From a virus (Duplodnaviria; Caudoviricetes): DNA of 64,000 bases. The stretch lies in IMG/VR virus record IMGVR_UViG_3300044262_000032, positions 25,676 through 89,675 of that record, one strand, 5' to 3'. The translations under genes were made by a program, and so were the position numbers. The notes under the pieces are model-generated. The model was given only the letters and a program-made list of their open reading frames with translations. It searched no databases and was not told the origin of the DNA. Shown here piece after piece: positions 31,250-41,021 of this stretch. Position 1 is the first letter of the stretch; each line of letters starts with the position of its first letter.

Positions 31250-31628
31250 ACTGCCGGTTGTTATTATTGGGCTTGTATTGCTGAGTCTGATGATTGGGGT
31301 AGGGCTGGGAAAATCACTCTGGCCCGTTATGCCTGATGATCTGACACCTACAGAAGCAGCTCGTATTCTGCAGATGTCTAAAGGCTATGCTGGCTACACA
31401 CTAGTTAAAGAAGATGGCGGCAATGGGCAGGTCGGACATGCCATCTTCTGCCCAACCTGCGCTACGGAGATAGCCATGGTAAATGTGAGCTTCTTACCAC
31501 CAGCCCCACCTGAACCTGGATCTAGGATGGCTATCCTGATGAATTTAGCTAAATATGCAACGGCACCTGCGGTAGCTAAAACAAAGAAGCCGGCCACAGC
31601 GCCGGCTCCAGTTGTTACAGTTCAATAG
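31179..31628 (+). CDS. membrane-anchored hypothetical protein
   Basis: GGAGG SD; single TM; CPTC. Confidence 0.7.
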   Translation: MSEKMILKLVPESEAQEQRKRRSRLPVVIIGLVLLSLMIGVGLGKSLWPVMPDDLTPTEAARILQMSKGYAGYTLVKEDGGNGQVGHAIFCPTCATEIAMVNVSFLPPAPPEPGSRMAILMNLAKYATAPAVAKTKKPATAPAPVVTVQ

Positions 31629-31629
31629 C

Positions 31630-31647
31630 TTTTCAAGCGCTTGTAAA
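31630..31647. promoter_or_regulatory. 18-bp palindromic site, copy 5, at the convergence of the two arms
   Basis: TTTTCAAGCGCTTGTAAA occupies 18 of the 19 nt between convergent stops. Confidence 0.7.
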
Positions 31648-31875
31648 TTACCCGGAGTATTTGGCATTCGACCCAGGTAGTTCACTGATAGTAATTGACG
31701 TGGCTGCCTGGGTCGGTAGGCTAGTTACATCACTCGTAAAAAGTCTACTCCCAGCTTTATGAAGTAGAGTCATCTTAGTTGTATCAGTAGTTGATCGCTT
31801 CATATAGAGACGAGTGACTGGCTGATTTGCTGAACGCGCACCAGTAGCCTTTTTGATCGCTTCAGTCAGGCTCAT
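31648..31875 (-). CDS. small putative virion protein
   Basis: Last ORF of the tail operon; TAATG coupling. Confidence 0.65.
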   Translation of the reverse strand: MSLTEAIKKATGARSANQPVTRLYMKRSTTDTTKMTLLHKAGSRLFTSDVTSLPTQAATSITISELPGSNAKYSG

Positions 31876-32192
31876 TACTTCATCTCCCTATACTGCTCAA
31901 GTGTTATATTCTCAGTTGCCCCATCTTTTGATAGCGAAATTGATCTAGAGATAACTGCATGTACCCCAAATATCCCTAGTCTACCATAGGTTAAATCAGT
32001 AGTCTCAGTTCCGCATAGCTGTTCCGTTGGGTCATGCGGAACGGTTACAGCCTTCTCAAAGACAATATAATTACTGGCCGCTAGCTCTTGCTCACCTCTA
32101 CGTAGAGCCGCAGTTGTCGTACTAATCAAACTGTCTTCAAGCGTCGGAGCAATGCGTGTTGCAGTTCCATATCGTAAGACTATTCTAATCAT
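31875..32192 (-). CDS. putative tail-tip protein
   Basis: GGAG SD; LEDSLISTTTAALRRGEQEL; tail-operon position. Confidence 0.6.
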   Translation of the reverse strand: MIRIVLRYGTATRIAPTLEDSLISTTTAALRRGEQELAASNYIVFEKAVTVPHDPTEQLCGTETTDLTYGRLGIFGVHAVISRSISLSKDGATENITLEQYREMK

Positions 32193-32323
32193 TATCGATT
32201 CTCCATTGTCTTCGGAGCATAGCCTTTATACTGAATTTTAATGCTGAACAGCAGTTTATCAAGAACCCAGCGCCGCGAACTATACTCCTTAACAGTATAG
32301 TTATCGTTGGAGGTATCTGAGTC

Positions 32324-35300
32324 TTAGACCCCAGTCCCACCCGCAACTCCAGCGCGGTTGTCCTTAAAGTTTGGATGTGTAATGCCGATCTGATAATCAC
32401 CAGGAGGCACCGCGGTAAACTTAGCAGTTCCATTTTGATCGGTAATCGCCGTCTGCCCACCTAGTGAAACGGTTGCTCCAACTACAGGCTGGGTTTCATC
32501 TAGTTTGTCTACCACATGCACAAGCTGATCCCGAGCTACGTTAGGCCCATAAAGCCACGGCATATACAGATCTAGATCATTATAGGCATATTTACCTGCA
32601 GTGTCTGTTCCAACAAGACAGACAGCTCCTACGACGACTACATCAGTAATAATCCACCCGGTATCGTAGTAGTTCTGGTAATTAAGATGAATTAAGGCAT
32701 CTGGTCCCATTCGTTCGGGATCCTGATCTATGCACCCAAACTGATCCGCGTCCTCACCGGCTCCCAGACTTCTAAGAATTACATTTGCTGGCAGCTGTAC
32801 TTCTTTAGTTGCTGGATCGATAGTCCCTGTGATTACAATCTCAGGGAGGTCTTCGATCTTAGGGACAGCTTCTGCCTCAGCTTTTACTGATATATCAACC
32901 GTCTTCGTAATCTCTCCCCAAGTGACATTGATCTTACCCGTTCCAATAGGGCCAGTGGCTTGCGTCTCATAGATAGACTCACAAACCCCGTTGCTATCAG
33001 CATTAGCAAAAGGCTCCTGCATAGCTCCTGGTCCAGATGCAGCGACGAACAAGACTTTACCGCCGCTAACGGGACGTCCATCGAGTTTAATCTCAGCTTT
33101 TACTACCGACATCTCGCCGCGATTAATATCTGTTGGCTCTGCTGAGACAGTTAGATCTGGTCCAGTAGTTGGGTCACCCGGATCGGTGGGTGGGGGATCG
33201 GTGGGATCTGGTGTACCAACTGTTACGGTAGCCGTACGCATGTTCTTCTCAACAACCATATTCAAATGAGCAACGTAGTCCCCGCCACCAGCATTATAAG
33301 TACCCTTCCATAGCCCCGTTGGAACATAAGTTACTTCGCATGTGCCACTAGCGACAGGAAATCCGTCACCTTTTAGAGTAATTGTATCCCCTTCGACACT
33401 CTCAATATCATAGGATACGCTCAAAAACTTGACAGAAGTAACCGAGGATGGGATATAGCTTGTAGAGGTTGTCTTTCTATCTGATATCGAACAAGACTCA
33501 TCCGTAATTGTATTAGTGTTATATGACATATTTAGCGAGCCCTTTTGGGGAACGACGCTAAAAGCCACACCATCCCGAACGGCCACTCCATTCTTATATG
33601 CAGTAGCTGTGACAGACGTAGACGCATTGCTGGCAATACTGCTATTTTCAGCACTAATAGATAGATCTAGTGACGAATCCCCCCCGGCTGCGTCTGCACT
33701 GATATCAATCTTACAAAGAGTATTGGCTCGCGAGTCGATGCGACCACCTACATAAACAACATCTTTATCCTGATCCCCATTAGCTGTATAGAATACCTTC
33801 GCTGATCCTCCCCAATCATATGTAATTGATAGCGGGCATGTTGAAAGTGGGAAAGTCTGATCAACGAGAGTTACTGAAGTACCTGATATTGTTGCCTGCC
33901 CATTCCAGGTGAAGCCGCCGCCGATAACTGAGATACCAGTAATCTTAACAATTGGGTTACTGACAGAGAACTCGGTCGTGCTGCTAGATTCAACTTCTTC
34001 GACCAATCCTGTTTGACGAGTTAGATCCGCAGAAGCCGGTGTGATACTGCCCTTACCCTTCTGAATAAAGAAATGGACAGTTACTGGGTTGTCCACATCA
34101 CCGTATAGCGCTCCACCATTACTATCAGAGGCAGTAAACGTCAATAGACTCTTTTCCCCAGGTGCAATTGTCGAAGGCTCAGCAGTCATATTGATTGACG
34201 CGCCAACAAATGATCCACAGATTACGCTGATGGGCCACATAACAGATGAGCCTTTGTAGGCCGCGTTCATATACGCAACGCCCTCTTCCCCAGCGTCTGG
34301 GCGGTAGTAAAACTTTACCGTGGTCGTCTGCCCAGTTGCACTAGGAATAGGCACCTGGCTTGTCGTATTTTCAATCGTAGCCAGTTCGTCTACAAAGATA
34401 AGACCAGATACATCTGTTTCCGTTCTATTCTCATCATCCCCAGGTCGCTCCCACCAACGATCCGAAACCTGAAGACCGTCTTCGACATCTAGCGTAGTGT
34501 AGCCATCATATTCGATATAAACTTCTGGACGGTATAGACCTTTCCACCCAGCTGGGGCATCTGGAGAAGTCCAGTCGTCGGAGATATGAACTTCATTGTT
34601 TCTAAACGTTAGAGCAGTGAGCGGGATTGGCTTAGTCTTCGTCTCATCTTCCCACGCAGCATTAATAGTAGTAATCCAATACTCGGTTGAGAAATCCTGC
34701 GGCCCACTAACAGAGCACGATTCAAACGCATTCTTCTGGATAAGAAAAGGATTTTCACTATTAGGATCATAAACTGTAACTGTAAGAATAGCCACATCCA
34801 CGCCATTTGATGAGATAGTTAGGGGACCAGAGATCGTAATAGTTGGGAATACCGGGCGAGTAACCCAGTTATACCCACCTGGGCCATCGGCAGCTGTAAC
34901 CTCAACTGTACATGCAGCGGGGATTGCCCCAGTGTATGTTGCTTGAATAATACAGGTAGTAGTTTCAGCTGGAGCGGTAAAGACAGCCTCAGCGATACCC
35001 GTTGCTGTATATGAACAAGTGACATCACCAGTCACAAACGGAAACTCCCCGTCAATTATTACAGTAGTTCCCTCAACTGCAATAGCGCGATAGGACACCT
35101 GTCTAGAAAGAATTGAATCTACGTGCTGATATGATTTCGGTCGGTAGGGCAGAGAGAAGGTTGAGCGGCCCGTAATCGAGCCAGCTGCATTAATAAACCC
35201 TTTATCCCCTACTATGGCACTTGGGTCTACTGTGCCAGCTGAGGTTTCCAAGAAAATCGTGGATCCATTTGATATTGTTTCATCTACTTCAACAATAACT

Positions 35301-36019
35301 CCAGTTGACCCCTCGTATGGGAGACTTGACTCTTCTACACTAACAGAGATAGAGCTGGTGCCGGCGTTAGTTCCAGTTTCCGAAATTGAGATTGTGATAG
35401 TTGCAGGAGCCGCATCACTCCATCTTCCAATTATAAAATTGGTACTATTGTATTCGATAGTTGATGCATCGTATGTGCATGTGCCAATGCCAGCAGCAAC
35501 ATAATCCACTAGGCAATCACCAGTTGTTACCCCAAATGAGCCATCAATAATGATTGTAGACCCGTCGACAATTTCTTGAACCGTATAGTGATTACCCATA
35601 AACTCTATATCCGACACGCTGGATATTGGATATTTGGTTGACAGCGAATCGAATCCACTTATTGAACAAATCTCATTAGTTATACTCGTAGTTCCCAATG
35701 TCACAAGTTCCGGCAGCAGATCACCGACCCCATAAACAACTGAGAGTGAGACTGAGCCAGTTCCGCCAGTCCCATCTTCTTCCCGACCGACCACCGTAAT
35801 TGTCGTAGATCCGAGCCAGGGGATATCACTATCTGCTGGCTCAAGAGACAATTGACGATTACTGTATTGTATTGGGGCACCACCAGGGCCTTCCGGCTCA
35901 CTGAAGCTAGCAGGACGCTCATCGCCTGTACCAAGAACTTCTAGAACGTTGTACCCATCTGGGTAGTTAACGTTCTCAGTTAGCGATGTAATCTCTAGAA
36001 ACTTGTTCAAGTTAGCCAT
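32324..36019 (-). CDS. large tail protein with tandem Ig-like (Big/invasin-type) domains
   Basis: 1231 aa, Thr/Ser/Gly-rich, repeated VSAEP..I..GE..V.A..GR.VSG..V.F units. Confidence 0.8.
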   Translation of the reverse strand: MANLNKFLEITSLTENVNYPDGYNVLEVLGTGDERPASFSEPEGPGGAPIQYSNRQLSLEPADSDIPWLGSTTITVVGREEDGTGGTGSVSLSVVYGVGDLLPELVTLGTTSITNEICSISGFDSLSTKYPISSVSDIEFMGNHYTVQEIVDGSTIIIDGSFGVTTGDCLVDYVAAGIGTCTYDASTIEYNSTNFIIGRWSDAAPATITISISETGTNAGTSSISVSVEESSLPYEGSTGVIVEVDETISNGSTIFLETSAGTVDPSAIVGDKGFINAAGSITGRSTFSLPYRPKSYQHVDSILSRQVSYRAIAVEGTTVIIDGEFPFVTGDVTCSYTATGIAEAVFTAPAETTTCIIQATYTGAIPAACTVEVTAADGPGGYNWVTRPVFPTITISGPLTISSNGVDVAILTVTVYDPNSENPFLIQKNAFESCSVSGPQDFSTEYWITTINAAWEDETKTKPIPLTALTFRNNEVHISDDWTSPDAPAGWKGLYRPEVYIEYDGYTTLDVEDGLQVSDRWWERPGDDENRTETDVSGLIFVDELATIENTTSQVPIPSATGQTTTVKFYYRPDAGEEGVAYMNAAYKGSSVMWPISVICGSFVGASINMTAEPSTIAPGEKSLLTFTASDSNGGALYGDVDNPVTVHFFIQKGKGSITPASADLTRQTGLVEEVESSSTTEFSVSNPIVKITGISVIGGGFTWNGQATISGTSVTLVDQTFPLSTCPLSITYDWGGSAKVFYTANGDQDKDVVYVGGRIDSRANTLCKIDISADAAGGDSSLDLSISAENSSIASNASTSVTATAYKNGVAVRDGVAFSVVPQKGSLNMSYNTNTITDESCSISDRKTTSTSYIPSSVTSVKFLSVSYDIESVEGDTITLKGDGFPVASGTCEVTYVPTGLWKGTYNAGGGDYVAHLNMVVEKNMRTATVTVGTPDPTDPPPTDPGDPTTGPDLTVSAEPTDINRGEMSVVKAEIKLDGRPVSGGKVLFVAASGPGAMQEPFANADSNGVCESIYETQATGPIGTGKINVTWGEITKTVDISVKAEAEAVPKIEDLPEIVITGTIDPATKEVQLPANVILRSLGAGEDADQFGCIDQDPERMGPDALIHLNYQNYYDTGWIITDVVVVGAVCLVGTDTAGKYAYNDLDLYMPWLYGPNVARDQLVHVVDKLDETQPVVGATVSLGGQTAITDQNGTAKFTAVPPGDYQIGITHPNFKDNRAGVAGGTGV

Positions 36020-39000
36020 TAGACCACCCTTGCTGTAAACGCCTGTTCAATCGTGGAACCCTCGTTATCAGTGACCTTTATTGTAAACGAATATGATCCA
36101 ATTGTCGCTACCCCTTCGATATAGCCTACAGCATCGAGCGCCATCCCCGTAGGTAGGGCTCCGGCCGTAACCTCAAACCCATACGGGAATCTACCTCCCA
36201 TAACCTGAATCTGGAAGTATTCATCCTCGATAGAGCCAATAATCTCGCCCAGATCTGGGCCATTAACAAACTGGAGTGGCACAAATGGTGGCGGTGTATA
36301 TGGATAGGAAGTATCACCAGCATATGCTGGATCAAATCCCCCGCCGGCAAACGAGTGAAGCATCATCTCTCCAGTCCAGTTAGACTCAACCCAGCCGGCA
36401 TCATATACTGTTGCTCCCCAGTCAGATAGAAGTAGAAGCCGCTTTTGATTTTCAATCTTACTTGTAATAGTCACAACTACAATCGTATTGGCGTTTGGAA
36501 GCGGGGGCTCCACTCTAATAATGTTCTTACCATACCCTTCAATTGTATAAGACTGCATCGTATAGTTCTTATCTGGGCCAAAGCAAGTCACACTGCCAAT
36601 TGACTCAATCTCTGGCCCGTTTGTCTCAATTGTCGCATTAGTTGTTGAGATAAAATATCTAACCTGTGGATTTACAAAGTCCCCAGCTTGGCTATTTGTA
36701 TAGAAAAACATCTGGCCTTTAGAAGCGCAAGTTGTTCCCACTATATCTGCAACGCGATCCTGAACCCTAAGCTTGACACCTGAAGCATCATAGCCATACG
36801 GATCCATCTGAGTTATAGTCTGTGCTCCACCAGATATAAGATATAGATTTCCCTTTGCAGCCATTGCAACTAAACTATCCCCGTTAAGAGAACGAGCACC
36901 AGACATATATGATGTAAGATCCGTGTCGGTCAACCCAGCTTGCGGCGGAATACGCGCCCAGGTTAAACCACGATCGTGTGATACACACAGCCAAGTACGT
37001 TGATCGAATGCGTGAATATCACTTCCGTCATGAGAGTATGCTTTACGCTGATGAATATACGAGCTAACTGTAGGCATTATAGTTGTACAGTTTATGGTTG
37101 GATCCTCTTCTTTTTGAATTATCGTAGCTTTATTCGTGTAGTACGTCACGGGATCGAGAAGTTCATCATTGGGATCAAAACCAGTAACAGATGCGAAGAC
37201 ATAGTTTAGACCACCACATTGATAAAAATCCACCTGCCTCACGTAGAGATCAAGACCAGCAAACCCAGTTTCAATTGGGAATTCTCCGCCAAAAGAAACA
37301 GTGTCACTATACCCACCAAGAGTGGTGTCACATGGGGGATACGCTGCTGGAAAATAAAATGGGAAGCTGTTAGGGTCATTGCCATAAATAACGCCATGAC
37401 GATACGACCCGCTATGTGATACCCCCCAACTCAATAGAGATAGAGATACTACCCCATCAATTGTTATATCCCCATAGCCACCTGTCGGAATAACACCTGT
37501 ACATACTGCGTGCCACGTAACAGCTATATATGTGCCTATGGATTCCTTATTCTCATCAGTTATATTAGTGTACGCTGGGTCATGCACATTACTAGCGCAG
37601 AGAGGCTTTCGTCCACGATTAAATAGCGCACTCTGTACTGCGCTCTTTTGACTTAGAAAGTATGAGGTAAATTGAGAGATAGTCTTTCTATTCAAAGTAA
37701 AATCACTGACCGTATCTAGTAACGCAAAGTTTGGAGGAAGAGTTCCACTTATAGTGGCTCGAAGAAAATAGCCATTATTGATATCCCCCATTATATGCTT
37801 AAAAGTATAGTTTCTAGTTCCAAGATAGATCGGAAGATAGTACGTATTGAAGGTCAGAGTGTATATAACATCATTGCTTCCGAGATAAGCACCACTTTCT
37901 CCATCACTAAAGTAGAGAAAGCCATTATTTGCTGGGCGACCTCTAGTATCAATAAGAGGAGCAACGCCCATATTTGGATATTTAGTTGTAGATACACTGA
38001 CATCCCCTGTTAATTCAGGCACACCTATATATAGATTCTCCTCAGTAAAGGAGTTAAACGCAACTACACGCCCATCATCACAAGGTACAAAGAACGGCGT
38101 AGCATTATTCGAGTTGATGCCCATATGAAAGGTGTCTGGTGCTTGATCTTCATTGAGAGTAATAGTGGCTTGAATATTTCGTCCATAGTCCCAGGTTTTA
38201 TTCAGTTGAATCCATTGGTTTTGCGCGTACCATTTGCTAGCTGGGTACCCAGTTGAATGTGGAGTTAGCGCGCCATTAGGTGTCAACGTTGCTACCCCTG
38301 GATAGGGGTTCTCAAAACCATGAGGCATCATCATTGGCTGAACGTAGGTGTGAACTCCCTCCGCGTTTACAGTTACTACGAACGCCTTATAGGGTGAAAC
38401 TGAATTCGAGCCGTCACGAACCCAAGCATAGGCAGTCTGCTCCCCATCTGCGGGAAAGGTATAGGTAGTTGGCGGAGTCGCTTCCCAACGTGAATCATAG
38501 TAGAGCGGCGGTAAAGTGCTATCGGTAATTAGATAGCCCGTTATAGTCAGCCAACTATCTCCCGTAAAGCTTTTCACATTAACTCGTCTACGAGACGACT
38601 CTACTGGCTCTAGTACAAAGGTAGCTACAGTTACATCTTTTCGCTCTGGGGGCGGAGGCAGCTCTTCAATCGCTGCTGGCGGAGAAGCTGGAATACAATC
38701 CACGGTAGCAATTGCTGGTAGGGATACATTTCCTGACGAATCCATGACCCACGCATAGGCGATATTTGGGCCGTAGTTAGCGAAGACAAATCTAGTATAG
38801 GGCGCGGTGTACCATAGCCCCTCGGGGTTTGGAATTGTTGGATCTTCTGTAATGAGATAGCCAACTACACCACGGTTATCATTTACAATAAAGGTGTTTA
38901 CTGCAACACTTCTAGATTGCGCGGATGTTGGCATAGTGAATTCCGTGACAACAGGTAAAGTCGTATCAGGCGCGGGAACCTCTGCAGGAGGTGGCGGGAT

Positions 39001-39429
39001 AGGAGGTAGCTCCACTGATAAACCAACATATGACCCTGAAAAGAAGTCGTGGGCTCTCGTTACCCAGGTACGAAATGGAAGAATTGGCCAGACCTTATCA
39101 AAGAATGCACCTAGATTAATCTTTCTAATAAACGTGCCTTGAATGGCCTCTAGCCAAAACGCTGTAAACAATGTCAGCGCGCCATATAGAGCGTAGTGAA
39201 TCACATTGCCATGAGGATCTTTCGATGGACCAAGTTGCCCACGTAGAACCATATATGGTCCTTCAGGTTCATTACCTTCATCCGGCACATAGTGATCTGG
39301 CGGACCATAGCTTGATTCCGGGAGTTTAAAATCCGGGGCAAAATGCAGATCTCTAGAGATAGACTTTGGACCCCAGGTGGTCTTTGGTCCATATGTTTTT
39401 TCAGGTGGAGACTTGTAGGTATCTACCAT
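36019..39429 (-). CDS. large tail/receptor-binding protein
   Basis: 1136 aa; two GYLIT..AYAWV.D..NVS repeats; C-terminal Ig (GGRFPYGFEVTAGALPTGMALD..YSFTIKVTD). Confidence 0.8.
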   Translation of the reverse strand: MVDTYKSPPEKTYGPKTTWGPKSISRDLHFAPDFKLPESSYGPPDHYVPDEGNEPEGPYMVLRGQLGPSKDPHGNVIHYALYGALTLFTAFWLEAIQGTFIRKINLGAFFDKVWPILPFRTWVTRAHDFFSGSYVGLSVELPPIPPPPAEVPAPDTTLPVVTEFTMPTSAQSRSVAVNTFIVNDNRGVVGYLITEDPTIPNPEGLWYTAPYTRFVFANYGPNIAYAWVMDSSGNVSLPAIATVDCIPASPPAAIEELPPPPERKDVTVATFVLEPVESSRRRVNVKSFTGDSWLTITGYLITDSTLPPLYYDSRWEATPPTTYTFPADGEQTAYAWVRDGSNSVSPYKAFVVTVNAEGVHTYVQPMMMPHGFENPYPGVATLTPNGALTPHSTGYPASKWYAQNQWIQLNKTWDYGRNIQATITLNEDQAPDTFHMGINSNNATPFFVPCDDGRVVAFNSFTEENLYIGVPELTGDVSVSTTKYPNMGVAPLIDTRGRPANNGFLYFSDGESGAYLGSNDVIYTLTFNTYYLPIYLGTRNYTFKHIMGDINNGYFLRATISGTLPPNFALLDTVSDFTLNRKTISQFTSYFLSQKSAVQSALFNRGRKPLCASNVHDPAYTNITDENKESIGTYIAVTWHAVCTGVIPTGGYGDITIDGVVSLSLLSWGVSHSGSYRHGVIYGNDPNSFPFYFPAAYPPCDTTLGGYSDTVSFGGEFPIETGFAGLDLYVRQVDFYQCGGLNYVFASVTGFDPNDELLDPVTYYTNKATIIQKEEDPTINCTTIMPTVSSYIHQRKAYSHDGSDIHAFDQRTWLCVSHDRGLTWARIPPQAGLTDTDLTSYMSGARSLNGDSLVAMAAKGNLYLISGGAQTITQMDPYGYDASGVKLRVQDRVADIVGTTCASKGQMFFYTNSQAGDFVNPQVRYFISTTNATIETNGPEIESIGSVTCFGPDKNYTMQSYTIEGYGKNIIRVEPPLPNANTIVVVTITSKIENQKRLLLLSDWGATVYDAGWVESNWTGEMMLHSFAGGGFDPAYAGDTSYPYTPPPFVPLQFVNGPDLGEIIGSIEDEYFQIQVMGGRFPYGFEVTAGALPTGMALDAVGYIEGVATIGSYSFTIKVTDNEGSTIEQAFTARVV

Positions 39430-39431
39430 GA

Positions 39432-41021
39432 TTACTGTACAACAATATCAGCTGACAACAGAGAATAACCACCATATTGCCCAAGAGTACCGTTCATCGC
39501 TCTAACATATACTCGATAATGTGCACCAGAGGTTAGACCAGTAATTGTCAGCGGGCTACTTGCTCCAACAACACTAACGGCCGAGTACCCCCCGCGCTTT
39601 GCCACAGCATTATACTGAACAATACCAGCCCCACCACCTGTTAACGCGGGTGGTGAAAATGAGACCGTAATTTGTCCAGTACTATTTGAAGAGGCGCTAT
39701 TCAATGTTGGCGGACTCGGATAATATGGTATTGAGCTATTTGTTACTGAGAACGTTGAAGAAGTTGCTGAGGCCGGACTAGCGCCTAAATGATTATACGC
39801 CTTTACAGTACAGGTCTTGCCACCTCCACCAATTGGATACCAAGCTGTAATGAACGAACCACTGACCGCCTTGCCATCACTAGTTGTTACTTCATAGCCT
39901 TGAATTCTGTACCCACCATTATAAGGAGGTGTATCTGGGTGCGTCCATGAAGCAGTTGCACGCCCAATACTCCCGGCTACTGTTACACTCGTAGGTGCCT
40001 GTGGGACACTTCCAGTTGGTGTAATCCCCGCTGTTTCCGCGGAGTAGGGGCTGTCACCTATGGCATTTCTAGCATAGATCCGAAACGTTGCCTCAATTTC
40101 AGGTTCGCTAGTGATAAGCATCTGAGTTTGGCCGCTATAGGCTAGAAAATCTTCGTACTGATAAACGCCTCCAACATATCGTCTCAGAATGATGTAGGTT
40201 ATGGGTGAGCCATTGTCATTGCCGGCTGTAAACTCGACTACTGCCTGACCAACATTATTTCCATAGGCATCTGTAATTGTTGGAGTGTCCGGCGCTAGCG
40301 CCTGAGTTGATACTTCATTTGATTCAGCGGAATCTGGGCCTTCCCCAATCGCATTAGTTGCGGCAACATGAAAGGTGTATGTCTCGCCATATGAAAGACC
40401 TGATACAAACACCGGGCTCGATGTGCCAGTTCCAGTAATACTGCCCGGAGTTGAAGTTGCTGTATAGAGAGTGATAGGCGGCCCGCCATCATCTGCGGGG
40501 GGAGTAAACTCCACCGCGACAACTGTATCGTCTTCTTTAGTTGCCGTACCAATTGTCGGAGCACCTGGAACAACCCCAGGAATAACTAGTTCTGGAGCCG
40601 TTGGGGGGCCAAATCCTTTTGCATTATGCGCTCGAACAGTCACACTATATTCTACATCATCGGCCAGACTATCGATGGTCGCCGGGCTTCCACTTACTAA
40701 GTTCTCTGGGTATCCAGGCAAGACTGAGATCTCGTATACATCGATTGTCAGACCGCCATCGTCAGCTGGCGCATCAAATGCTACGTCAATCTCATAGCGA
40801 GTTGTGGATGTTGCCGTAAAGTTTAATGGTACACTTGGTACCCCACCAACTAGCACAGGTCCAGCCGGAAATGATTCCTTGCTTTCTCCCAGTTCATTGA
40901 TAGCTTTAATGGTAAAAGTATATGATTGGCCGTTAGTTAGACCAGTGACGGTGATTGGACTACTATCACTATCTACCGTGATATTGCCCGGATTTACAGT
41001 AACTCGATATGTGGTTGCCAT
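39432..41021 (-). CDS. fibronectin type III repeat tail protein
   Basis: Multiple P..P.I..A..V.FT.P.D.GG..I..Y..SP..V.GL..Y.F.V.A.N..G repeats. Confidence 0.88.
   Translation of the reverse strand: MATTYRVTVNPGNITVDSDSSPITVTGLTNGQSYTFTIKAINELGESKESFPAGPVLVGGVPSVPLNFTATSTTRYEIDVAFDAPADDGGLTIDVYEISVLPGYPENLVSGSPATIDSLADDVEYSVTVRAHNAKGFGPPTAPELVIPGVVPGAPTIGTATKEDDTVVAVEFTPPADDGGPPITLYTATSTPGSITGTGTSSPVFVSGLSYGETYTFHVAATNAIGEGPDSAESNEVSTQALAPDTPTITDAYGNNVGQAVVEFTAGNDNGSPITYIILRRYVGGVYQYEDFLAYSGQTQMLITSEPEIEATFRIYARNAIGDSPYSAETAGITPTGSVPQAPTSVTVAGSIGRATASWTHPDTPPYNGGYRIQGYEVTTSDGKAVSGSFITAWYPIGGGGKTCTVKAYNHLGASPASATSSTFSVTNSSIPYYPSPPTLNSASSNSTGQITVSFSPPALTGGGAGIVQYNAVAKRGGYSAVSVVGASSPLTITGLTSGAHYRVYVRAMNGTLGQYGGYSLLSADIVVQ

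Noticed and set aside
32185-32460. 91-aa ORF as a real tail gene
   Set aside because: Overlaps the tail gene out of frame, has no SD-supported start and an atypical composition
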